NCBI GenBank assembly: GCA_038087875.1
Contig: CM075994.1
Span: forward strand, 11,844,001-11,886,521
Direction: 5' to 3'
DNA: 42,521 bases
DNA from: Malacoraja senta
Taxonomy: Eukaryota
The position numbers and the translations under genes are program-made. Positions 11,130 through 21,499 of the stretch are shown here, piece after piece. Under the pieces are notes generated by a model that saw nothing but the letters and a program-made list of their open reading frames with translations, did no database searches and was not told the origin of the DNA. Within the stretch, counting starts at the first letter, position 1; each line of letters opens with the position of its first letter.

Positions 11130-12930
11130 CACCTGTTCATTGAAGCATGGAGGTCTATCACGAATGATAGTTATATACTTAACAGTATTCGTGGATACAA
11201 AATAGAGTTCATTCAAAAAAATATGCCACCAGTTCAGCATGTACCCCAAAAGGTCTTTACCCTCTCAGTCAAAGAAAAACTAGAGGGTCAAGCAGAACTG
11301 GTGAGGTTACTTACAAAGGGTATCATTGAGAAATCCAAACATGGACCTTTGGAATTTGTCTCAAATATATTTACCAAAAACAAAAAAGATGGTGCTTGTC
11401 GCATCATCATTGACTTAACCTCACTAAATACCTTTGTTAAGTATATACATTTCAAAATGGAAACATTTGTAACTGCCAACCAAACGAATTTCCAAAGGAT
11501 ACTTTATGGCAAGCATTGATTTAAAAGATGCCTACTATACAGTACCCATTCAAAAGGGTCATCGCAGATACCTGAAATTTACCTGGATGGGGCAACTATG
11601 GCAATTTAAAGCATTGCCTAATGGGTTAACATCAGCCCCAAGACTATTTACCAAGATATTAAAACCAGCCTTGGCAACATTAAGAAAACAGAGACATATT
11701 GTCATGGCATATCTTGATGATATTCTAATAGTAGGCAAAACCATGGAGTTGGCTAAATCAGCTGTATTAGCTACCAAACAATTGTTTGAAACCCTGGGAT
11801 TTGTCTTACATCCAGATAAATCTAAGTTGACGCCATCAACAACTATGGACTATCTGGGATTCACAATTAACTCAGTCCACATGTCTGTAACGTTGCCAAA
11901 AGATAAAACAGCAGAATTGGCACAGACGTGTAACAATTTAATGGTTAGCGATCGACCAACCATCCGACAAGTGGCAAGAGTAATTGGCAAAATTTCCAGC
12001 TACACAATTTGGACCTCTGAACTATCAAAACCTACAAAGGGCAAAAGTACAAGCGTTAAAACGACATGCAGGTCACTTTGACCGAACCATGAAATTACCC
12101 ATTGAAGCAATATCAGAGTTACAGTGGTGGATAGAGCACATTTGGCATAGTTCCAGCCCTATCATCATCAATAATCCAACGTTAACTATACAAACAGATG
12201 CCAGTGCTCAAGGCTTGGGAGCAACTAATACCATATCCAGCACAGGTGGTAGATGGACTAACCTAGAATCATCTTTACTACAAACACTGGGCATAAATTA
12301 TTTGGAAATGTTGGGTGCGTTATATGGTTTAAAAGCATATTCTACGAATATGCACCATTTGCATGTTCGTTTACAGATTGATAATACCACGGTGGTGGCC
12401 TATATTAACCATATGGGCGGAATAAAATCGATATCATGTCACAATTTGGCAATGGTGTGTCGATCGACATATTTGGCTATCAGCAACTTACCTACCAGGT
12501 AAGCTAAATACAGAGGCAGACACCAGGTCACGCAAATTGAATGATAACACCGAATGGATGTTAAATCCTAAAGCTTTTGCTAAAATTACAAAGCAATATG
12601 GCACACCAGATATCAATCTCTTTGCATCCAGACTAAATCACCAGGTACCAATGTATGTCGCTTGGGAACCAGACCCTGAGGCACCAGCGATAGATGCATT
12701 CGCGCTGCTGCCTCATCAGTAGGGTACTACGCAAAATACAGATGGACTCTGCTTCAGGTATTTTGATAGTACCCGACTGGCCTACACAGCCATGGTACCC
12801 AGTGGTCCTCGACATGGTCATCGAAACTCCTATGGCCTTTCCCATTAGCCCAGACCTATTGACTCACCCGGTATCAGGCATAAGTCATCCATGCCATGAC
12901 AAAATTAACCTACTGGGTTGCAGATTATGA
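11130..12930 (+). pseudogene. DIRS RT-RNaseH-methyltransferase-like ORF, frameshifted
   Basis: IDLKDAY, LPNGLTSAPRLFTK, YLDD, YLGF; TDASAQG, INYLE, IDNTT (RNaseH); NLFASRLNHQ, IVPDWPTQPWYP (MT-like). Confidence 0.9.
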
Positions 12931-13903
12931 AAAGACCACTGCTGGGCCTGGGATTGTCTGACAGGACCATCAACACGATGACAGCGTCCCACCGTATGTC
13001 CACCAGGAAACAATACCTATCGAGCATCAGGAAGTGGGAAAGATACTGCTCGAATACTGGGACAACATACTCATCTACAACCATAACCAATGTACTGGAG
13101 TTCCTGGCTGGCCTTCACCATAATGAAGGACTGAGCTACAGCGCCATCAATACTGCCAGAAGTGCTCTGTCAGCCTACTTAAAACAAGCACCAGGACAAT
13201 AGGCCATAGGGTCTCACCCGCTGGTGATCAAACTCATGAGGGGTATATTCAACTCCAACCCCCCTAGACCTAGGAACACCCAAATCTGGGATGTCAGTGT
13301 GGTCCTGACATACCTAAGGGGGTGGTCACCAGCCAGGTCTCTCACCCTGGAAGAGCTAACCCTGAAAACGGTCATGCTGATGGCACTAGTCTCAGCACAA
13401 AGAGTCCAGTCCCTCCACTTACTGCGACTGGACAACATGGTTATAACACCAGACCGGGTCTCATTCACCATTCAGGAGCTGATAAAGCAGAGCAGGCCTG
13501 GAACTTCAGGCATAGTTATGGATTTCTGGCACACCCACCTGACCCACGGTTGTGTGTCTTGACTCACATACTCACTTACATCAACACAACAAGAGATTCC
13601 CGAGGGAGAGAAAAAGCCTTATGGGTCAGCCACAAGGAACCTCATGGTCGGGTGTCGAGCCAAACCATCTCAAGATGGCTCAAGCAGGTACTGGGAGCTG
13701 CTGGAGTAGATACTGACGTATATACATCTCACTCCACCAGGGCAGCATCCACATCGGCGGCTAAAAGGATGGACGTGCCACTGGACCACATCCTGGCTGC
13801 AGCGGGGTGGTCCATGGAGAAAACGTTCCAAACGTTCTACAACAAACCGCTAGCAGAACCTGTGTTATTTGCAGAAAGAGTTTTAGAATCTGCAAATATA
13901 TAA
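12927..13903 (+). pseudogene. DIRS tyrosine recombinase, with a stop at ~13200 and a frameshift at ~13530
   Basis: SYSAINTARSALS, WDVSVVL, SAQRVQSL, HSTRAASTS, AGWS...FYNK. Confidence 0.92.
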
Positions 13904-14068
13904 TTTAAGCCCGGGGGAGCATTTTTCTTTTGTTATTGTTTAATAAATACCATTATTGTTTACAAACAGATTCATGGTTGATTACGATAATATACTTCCT
14001 CCCTTGAATGACTTCGGCAGCGAGTGAAGTATGAACTGTTACACGGTTTGAAATCACAGAGCTTTAAA

Positions 14069-14179
14069 TTCTTCACGTAGTCACTCACGTGACTCCGAAG
14101 TAAAATAGTAAGATTAAATGAGAACTTACCAGTTTGAAGTTTGATCTGTATTTTATGAGTTACGATGAGGGATTACGTG
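14069..14179. repeat. DIRS internal complementary region (ICR)
   Basis: First ~40 nt are the reverse complement of the left terminus; the remainder is the reverse complement of the right terminus (14324-14405). Confidence 0.92.
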
Positions 14180-14581
14180 CCCTCCGCTCCCACCCTCAAT
14201 TATAGAGATCAACTGGTATCTTAGTTCTCCTTTTCTTTACTATGTTTATTTCAATTATTGTGTTTCCTGTGATTCCACACCGCTGCTTTGAAGTATGCCG
14301 CGCATGCGTGCTGGACGGGTTCTTCACGTAATCCCTCATCGTAACTCCTCATAAAATACAGATCAAACTTCAAACTGGTAAGTTCTCATTTAATCTTACT
14401 ATTTTGTGTTCACTTTAAAAAACACCAGTCTGTTTTTTAAACTGTTCTAATTAAGTTTAATGTTAAGGATTTTAAAGTGCACTTTAACTTCTGTGTTTGT
14501 TATTCAATGGTTTGGCAATTACTTGCAATTTCATCCATAATAAATGCCGATGAGCCAAGTAACTTTTTTGGAAGTTTTTAT

Positions 14582-14654
14582 TGTTCGTATATACCCCATA
14601 GGAAAGCACAACCCACTGTTCGTATATACCCCATAGGAAAGCACAACCCACTGT
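14582..14654. repeat. Perfect 35-bp tandem duplication
   Basis: TGTTCGTATATACCCCATAGGAAAGCACAACCCAC x2. Confidence 0.95.
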
Positions 14655-14658
14655 GGGA

Positions 14659-15583
14659 CTAAGGATTTATTAAGTTGAAAAGTGCACAACAGATCGTTGC
14701 AATTTTATAAATTTGAGGTACTTGACTTTCAGAGTTGGTCATCAAGTACGCAAGATCTTCATGAGGTGCTGCAAGTCGTAGCTTCATCAAGATGATCAGC
14801 AACTGCTGAAAATGTGTTAGTGAATGTCTAGTGGGGAGCTTGTCCTTAACATAATTGAAGACCAACATCAAAATGGCAAACGTTGGTAAACCCGTGTGAA
14901 ACTTAAATCTTTTTGTCGTCCTTGGAAAAACGTTCTAGTGTAAACTTAATTTGGGCTGCTTCTTGTCTTGCTTTAGCGATCTCTTTATTGTTATTGTCTG
15001 CTTGTGCTTCCAGTCTGCTGCACACAGGTCTGTTTGTGTTGATGTGTCCATTGTCTCTTTGACTGGTGTTTGTGTTTCCATGTCAAGTTAAACACCCACT
15101 CCCTTACAAAGATATTGTCAATTTGCTGAGGTTGATTATGTCCAATTAACAGCTAACAATTATGCCATTCCTTGGCTTGCACCTGAGTAAAATGTAATTC
15201 AAAACCCACGTATGGTTTGCGATTTTTTTAATGATCAATTTAGCTTCATAAGCTTTTTCTTTTTGCATGTAAAAACCCACTTGACGCCATGGGCGATTTT
15301 AAAATTTATCACTTCTGAAAATTTAGATACCAAACGAATCAAGAAAAATCACAAATAATGCCTTAATGTTGATGAAATGCAGTGAGCGAACGCAATAATT
15401 ACCAATATTTTTAATCTTGATATCTGCACGGCCAATGTTCGCCAACCACTTTAGCTGTTGTACCTTCAGCTCTCGCTTCTCCCTACCATCATTTCTCTTC
15501 ATTTGTGGAATTCTGAAGTAGGATAAATGTCTCTCACGGTTACCCCAATTTCCACAATTATTTACAGCGCAAAAATTGACCAT
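14659..15583 (-). pseudogene. ISL2EU transposase remnant: THAP, HTH_Tnp_4-like region and extreme C-terminus; DDE core missing
   Basis: MVNFCAVNNC..YFRIP..W..V.SLHF (THAP); FHTGLPTF, FQQLLIILMKLRL..EDLAY (HTH) joined directly to KIATICCALFNL. Confidence 0.8.
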
Positions 15584-15715
15584 TTTGGCAGTTCTAACGT
15601 AAGAAATTACACGTTTTGAGTATTAACAGTGTATGCCGTAGGCTGCCATGTCCTCCACATGGATTGAGTTGCTCCTTGCGTCACGCCTTTCGACCGGATG
15701 ACCTTACGTGCAACC

Positions 15716-15931
15716 GACAGCCGATCTGCCATTTTTCACAGCAGTGCCCTGCGTTCTACATTGGCTGCGATGCGCCGGCACAAAAGGCCCTCACGCTGAC
15801 TAACCCACACCTGCAACGGACCCCAACTGCACTTTATCCAATGCCAGATCCATGCCCTCAACAAACACTTCCTTTCCTACGTGGACTCCACAAAAGGATC
15901 GCAAACTTGCTCACCTCCAGACCGGCCCATC
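15716..15931 (+). mobile_element. Penelope-like N-terminal fragment, right part (continues 5279-5376)
   Basis: GCGATGCGCCGGCA, ACCTGCAACGG..CCAACT..ACTTTATCC and related blocks align with 36464-36705. Confidence 0.85.
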
Positions 15932-16600
15932 CAGAGCTGCCAAGTAGTACGTATTTTCCGTATTTCGTACGGAAATCTGATAAGAATACGGAAGTACGAT
16001 TTTGCGTTCTTAAATTCGGATTTAAAAATAAATCCGACCATAGATTATCGTAAGCCATAGTAAACGCGCCAGTTCATCGTGTGGGGAAGCCCAGCGAGTG
16101 AGCTCAATGACGCAGGTAATTGTCAGATCATCCAGACCCCGTAACCCTTGCCCTGTCATTGCATTCTCAGATTGAGAACTAGCGCATGCGACATGTGTGC
16201 TTCAAACCATCTGTGAAAATGTACATGTTTTTTTCTCTTCCTATATCCACGCAGTCTGATACTGCTCACAGTGGCTACACGATGTAGATTGTGTGTTTTT
16301 TTTATTGTTTTTATTTCATGTAACATGTTTCTTTGTTTTTCTCTTTATGGCAAATAAAAAATAAAGTGAATTTTGTTGTCACAATTATGTGCGTGAGTGT
16401 TTTTCTTCGTGACTATTCATCATCTACATTATATTGGTTATAATACAATGTGCAATGAGAATACTGTTGTTAAACTGGAAATGTTTAAGTTACAAAGAAA
16501 ATGATGGGAAAATGTGGAAGATGATATTTAGGTTCATGAGAAAAATAAAGTATGGATTTTTTAATATAATAGTTCTAATTTTTTTTAATTTTATTTAATA

Positions 16601-17186
16601 CTAGACCAAGAGCAGTTGAGTCTGGACGTCGAACGTGCTTCAGACCCCGGGGTCTGGTTCCTGAACGTGCTTCAGCGTCTTGACGGCGTGACAGGGTCTT
16701 GAGCCAGCGTGAGAGAGCCGGCCCGGGGGGGTAGTTGAGGAGAGCCGGGCGGCAGAAGCGAAAAAATAAAATGTCGGCGTTTTTGGAAGAGAGCCGGGCG
16801 CTTGAGCCAGCGTGAGAGAGCCTGCCCGGGGGAGGGGTAGGGGAGGAGAGCCGGGTGGCAGCTGCGAAAATCGCTAGCGACAAGAAGAAAAATGTCTGCG
16901 TTTTTGGAGCAGAGCCGGGCGGCAGCAGCCGTTATGGTGGCTGGCCAGCAGGAGGCGACAAAATGAGTGAGTGGGGGGGGGGGGTGGATTTTATTTAAAA
17001 ATGTGAACATAAAAATGTCTAAATCTAATAAGGAGTGTGTTAGAGTATGTAAAAGTGTAATGTCTAGCGCAATGGAAAAAAACGTTTTTGCGTGTGGTTT
17101 TGGCGGAGCAAGGAATCAAAGGCCAAATGTGACCCACAAATAAATAAACACATCCACACACACACAGAGTTTTAAAAGTATATAGA
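16601..17186 (-). mobile_element. Non-autonomous Helitron-like element
   Basis: Minus strand begins TCTATATAC and ends TGGTCTAG, inserted between A and T with no TSD; internal GAGAGCCGG and TTGAGCCAGCGTGAGAGAGCC repeats; 3' hairpin degenerate. Confidence 0.7.
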
Positions 17187-17639
17187 TTTAAAGAGAATTG
17201 AAGATACATTTATAATACAAAAGGAAAGAATATGAAATCTACATGGAAGTTTTAGTGATAATAGTAATTTGACTGATAACCCTAAAAAAAAACCAATAAC
17301 AACAACAGATGTTTTGTTGCTCAAAACATTGGATTAGACAATCATCGAGTGTTTGGTTCGGGAATAAAATAAGGCTGTAACCCCCATTATCCAGACAGTT
17401 TGCAGACGCGCGCAGCAGCTACATACTTGAGCAAACAACGAGTCACCGCTGTACCGGCCGAGGTGCAGTGGGCGGGTGGGAACAACCGAGATCGGCCCGA
17501 GAGCTAGAGAGTCGGGGCTTCACGGGCGCTCGCGCGGCATTACGTACGTGGCGTGGTGGATGCAAAGCTGTTTCAAGTCAAGGGATGAGGCGCGACAAGA
17601 TTAGAAAGAATAGGGATTAAAAATGCAAAGTGGCTTCTA

Positions 17640-20600
17640 CATCATCGTCTGGAGCTAAAAGCAGGAAGCAGCCGTTCAAACAGCAGCATACAGAGATGGC
17701 AATGTATTGTTCAATCGACAAGGGATGGTTTCAGCGCGAGGTGCACGCTTTGTTGTTGTGACTTTTTGGTCGGCCATGGAGGGGCTAATGACATTCGAGC
17801 ACACATTCAATTGAAGAAACACAAGTCTGCTGTTGAATCATCGTCAAGCTCTGGCAGTATTGCCCATTTTTTTCAGCCCAGGGATTACCAAGTAATCAGA
17901 GGAGAGACTCTCATGACTCAGTTTCCGATAGAACACAATGTGCCCTTTGCTGCGTCGGATCATCTCACTGATCTGGTTAAGATGTTTCCAGTTTGGTGCT
18001 GAAGATGTTCCCCCAGTGCAATAGCGGCAAAGTTTTCCTCACGCCGAACGAAGTCTACAGCCATAGGAAGAACCTTGGGTCAAGAAACAAAAGGTGAGGC
18101 TAAATAATAATTAAATCGAACGTTAGTTTATATAATTTAGTGCGATTCTGTAGAGTGTGATTGTGCAATGTAATCCCACATGTGCAATTTTAAGTTTGTG
18201 TGGATTTAGAACACTATTTGTGTTTACTGGCATGTCGGGAACATGACCCATGTCACTTTATTAGATAATATACATGGCATGTAGGGTATATGACCGATGT
18301 CACTTTATTTCAAGTAATACATGGCATCTAGGGTACATGACCAATGCCATTTTATTTCAAATAAAATGCTAAAGATGCCTTGATATGTTGGGTATAGGAC
18401 CCATGTCGATGTCAATTAATATAAATGCAGAGGGTGGTATGTCCTTTAGTTTTTAATCTAGATATTGAGATGTCAGTGCATGTATTTTTAAGTATACTGG
18501 AGTGGATGTAGACTATGTGTGGTTTGATTTTACACAAGCGCCTTAGCTGGAAGTTTAATCTTACACATTTTTATTTTTGTTTCAGGTAACATCATTGGTA
18601 AGATTAAGGACAAACCTTTCTCCTCGTCAACTGACGGCATCAGTGACAGGGGAGCAGATGGAACAGTTGTATCTAATTGTCGTCCGCTATTATGATTACA
18701 ATGTGAAGCAGGTCATCAGTGCTCTTCTGGAAATCGCAACAGCAAAAGAAAGTTCAACTGGAAAGAACATCTTCAAACTGCTAGATGATGTACTGAAGCA
18801 GTATAGCATTCCTTGGAAAAACATAATACGTTTGGTGCTGACAATGTGGCAGTTTTGATGGGCATCCACAATGGCGTAGTGGCTTTTGTCAAGAAAGAGG
18901 ATCCAAATGTGTTTGTTCTTGGGTGCCCATGTGACATACTGCATCTTGCAGCAGGGAAGGGGGCTAGAGAGTTGCCATTCTCGCCTGTTGATTTTCTGAT
19001 CCTGATATACTACTACCTTGAAAAATCCAGCAAGAGACACAAGGAGTTCAAAGAAGGACAAAGCCTCTGCAGCATTGAAAATCACGCCATACTGAAGCAC
19101 GTATGCACAAGATGGTTCTCTCTTCAGAAATCTCTGGACAGGCTTTTGGAACAGTGGGCTGCTCTTGTGGAATATTTTCGCAGAGAACAGCTTGGAGGAG
19201 AGAAGAGACTGAGTGAAGGATTATCCTGGTCCCCCCCACCAAGAAACAAAAACTTGCAACTGCATGTACTGTGTCAGGATCAAAGAGCAGCAGATCAGAC
19301 AGTTCAAAGACGTTGAAATTGACATCAAAGTCTTCTGGTGCTCCCAGCCAAGTAGCTGTTTCTACAACAAAACCCCATCGTTGTCTCATGGAGATCCTTG
19401 TTCTTCCCAAAAGGCTTCTACAGTGCCATCTACATGCTCTGGTAGTACTAGAGCTCCGGGTTTGTAGAAGAAGACAGTACCTGCAGCAGACCAGGCTGTT
19501 CTAGCAGAAATGTAGTTAGTACATACAAGGCTACTCCAACAAACAAAAGTGATGTTCTCAAAAAGCAGACTATTCCTGCTCGGGTTCGAATTCCTAGCTC
19601 TTCTAAAGAGAGCTGAAAAAGCACACTGAAGTAAAAAGACAAAGTTAATGTTCAAGCAAAAGCAACACCTCAGCTGTTTGCTGGTATAAAGGATGGTGTG
19701 AAAAGGAAAGCTTTGGCTGAAAGGCATGTGAAAACATCTGCCCTGTCCAAAGCAGCCTCTAGCCATACCACACTGACTCAAGACAGGAACAAGTTGTACT
19801 GCTTATTTTTTCTGGACACAATACCGCTGTTCAATAGAGTAAATTTGGACTTCAAGAAGAGTCACCCAAAGTTCATGTTTTGCTCGACATCTTACAGAAT
19901 TTACTTCATCAAATTCTCCTGCGATTTGTCAAACCAGGGGTACTTCTGAAAGCTACAATGCTGGACAAGTGTGACTACAAAAACCGTGAGAATCAACAGG
20001 AAGATGAAGATCTGATAGTGGGTACAAAAGTGAGGGCATTTCTCTGCAGTGGACAGTTCCGAAATGAAGAGAAAACAGAGTTTTTCTCTTCTGTGAGGGA
20101 GTATTTTGAGGCCTCCTGTAACTACATTCTCATGACGTTTCTCATGCAGGATGAGGTACTCAAGCATGCCAGAGTGGCTAACACTGCAAAGCGAGTGGAC
20201 ATGACATATTCTTCAGTTCCCTACTTTGTCAACAGATTCCATGATTTACTGGAAATTGAACATGAGCTGGAGATGGAGTTTGCAGACTACCAGGTTGATA
20301 GCTTGGATGGTGTGATGCTAGATGAAGGAGCTGACTCAGTGTGGACACAGATATCCTCCCTGAAGGATAAATCAACTGGCAAACAGAAATATCCCCATTT
20401 GTCAAAGGTAATGCTCACCTTTCTCTCATTTGTACAAAACAACGGAACAGATGAGCACATATTTAGTTTGGTCGGAAAGAATGCTACGGCGTTGAGGCCA
20501 AGTCTTTCAACATCAACGTTATCAGACATTATGACTCACAAGTTCTTGAGTCAGGCCATGGGGAAATGTTGCTACCAAATGACTTTCAATGATAAACTTC

Positions 20601-20644
20601 TGGACAAATGCAAGAAAGCAGCTATGACATATAATACACAATAA
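17640..20644 (+). pseudogene. hAT transposase with intron 18094-18585; frameshifts and stops
   Basis: CTLCCCDFLVGHGGANDIRAH..H zinc finger; EHNVPFAASDH; GT..AG intron joins in frame to PFSSSTDG.SD; FGADN, GCPCDILHL, TRWFSL; C-terminal YPHLSK..EHIFS dimerisation-like motif. Confidence 0.85.
18228..18365. repeat. ~47-bp imperfect tandem repeat x3 inside the hAT intron
   Basis: TGGCAT(G/C)T.GGG.A.ATGACC.ATG.CA.TTTATT repeated three times. Confidence 0.75.
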
Positions 20645-21325
20645 ACTGAATGAACTGCAGCAAAGTGAAATGAAAGTGAATATTGTGCAGATGATGTTCT
20701 ATGCCCACTTTATGTTACCAAATGACTTTCAATTATGTCACACACATCACACACAACAGGTCAGTGTGAAATTGTCATTAGAAATGACTAACTTTATTGA
20801 ATACAAGTTATTCACTTGGGTATAATAATACCTTTAAAGTATTTTTTCCATTTTTTTTTTAAACAGGTCCAGATTGCATTCTTCCTTTCTGAAAGTATGT
20901 AATTGAATTCATTTTAAAATAGCATTTACTGTGATGTTGCAATTACTTCTCAAATATACTCTCCCATGACAGAGTACTAGGAGATATTAACATCTAAGAT
21001 GTTCCAAGAGTTATGTTGTGCAGCTATGAAAAATATATAATTTCAACATGTTTATCATGAAAAATTGACAGGCTCAACACATATAATTTCTTTAACAGGA
21101 TGCATTCAATATAGTTGAATGCACTGTCAAGTGAGATGCATAGAAGACATATCAATTGATAGCAAAGTTATGCATTCTTGTACTCTTACATGGGTGTGAC
21201 CGCACATAATACATTAAAAAAATGTCAGCAAAATGGTACCGCGTAAAAATACTGATTTCCCTAGCAAAATACTGATTTTCAGGTAATAGAATACTGAAAT
21301 GCTCTGACAAAACTTGGCAGCTCTG

Positions 21326-21497
21326 TGTATGTCTTTGGAGTGTGGGAAGAAACCGGAGCACCCGGAGAAAACCCACGGGGTCACGGGGAGAATGTACAAA
21401 CTCCGTACAGACAATACACGTAGTCAGGATCGAACCTGGGACCCGGGTCTCTGGCACTGTAAGGCAGCAACTCTACTGCTGCGCCACCATGCCGCCC
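21326..21497 (-). mobile_element. tRNA-derived V-SINE/HE1-like SINE, 5' part only
   Basis: Minus strand GGGCGGCATGGTGGCGCAGC (A box), GGTTCGATCC (B box) and the V-domain-like GGGTGCTCCGGTTTCTTCCCACACTCCAAAGAC. Confidence 0.85.
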
Positions 21498-21499
21498 TA

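Larger units (their letters stand above)
9587..14405 (+). mobile_element. DIRS1-like tyrosine-recombinase retrotransposon with both termini and ICR intact; ORFs decayed
   Basis: gag-like, RT/RNaseH/MT and YR ORFs; left terminus 9587-9650 is inverted to 14293-14330; ICR 14069-14179 is complementary to both termini. Confidence 0.95.
5377..15715. mobile_element. ISL2EU-type (PIF/Harbinger-related) DNA transposon with two convergent genes, heavily invaded
   Basis: Short TIR GGTTACACG (5377) / CGTGCAACC (ends 15715), GA on both flanks; splits a Penelope fragment that rejoins across it; YqaJ gene on + and THAP+HTH transposase on -, the known ISL2EU gene pair. Confidence 0.8.
15932..21325 (+). mobile_element. 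hAT (Blackjack-like) DNA transposon
   Basis: 14-bp perfect TIR CAGAGCTGCCAAGT / ACTTGGCAGCTCTG; subterminal TACGGA and TACTGA repeats; internal transposase pseudogene. Confidence 0.85.

Noticed and set aside
8380..13903. YqaJ nuclease plus tyrosine recombinase as a prophage or bacterial defence island
   Set aside because: Spliceosomal introns, SINEs and LINEs show a eukaryotic context. The recombinase belongs to a DIRS that inserted independently into the ISL2EU.
14582..18365. 35-bp and ~47-bp repeats as CRISPR-like arrays
   Set aside because: They are head-to-tail duplications without unique spacers, and there are no cas genes.
21420..21497. tRNA gene
   Set aside because: A and B boxes are followed by SINE body sequence and no convincing cloverleaf is seen, so this is a SINE head.
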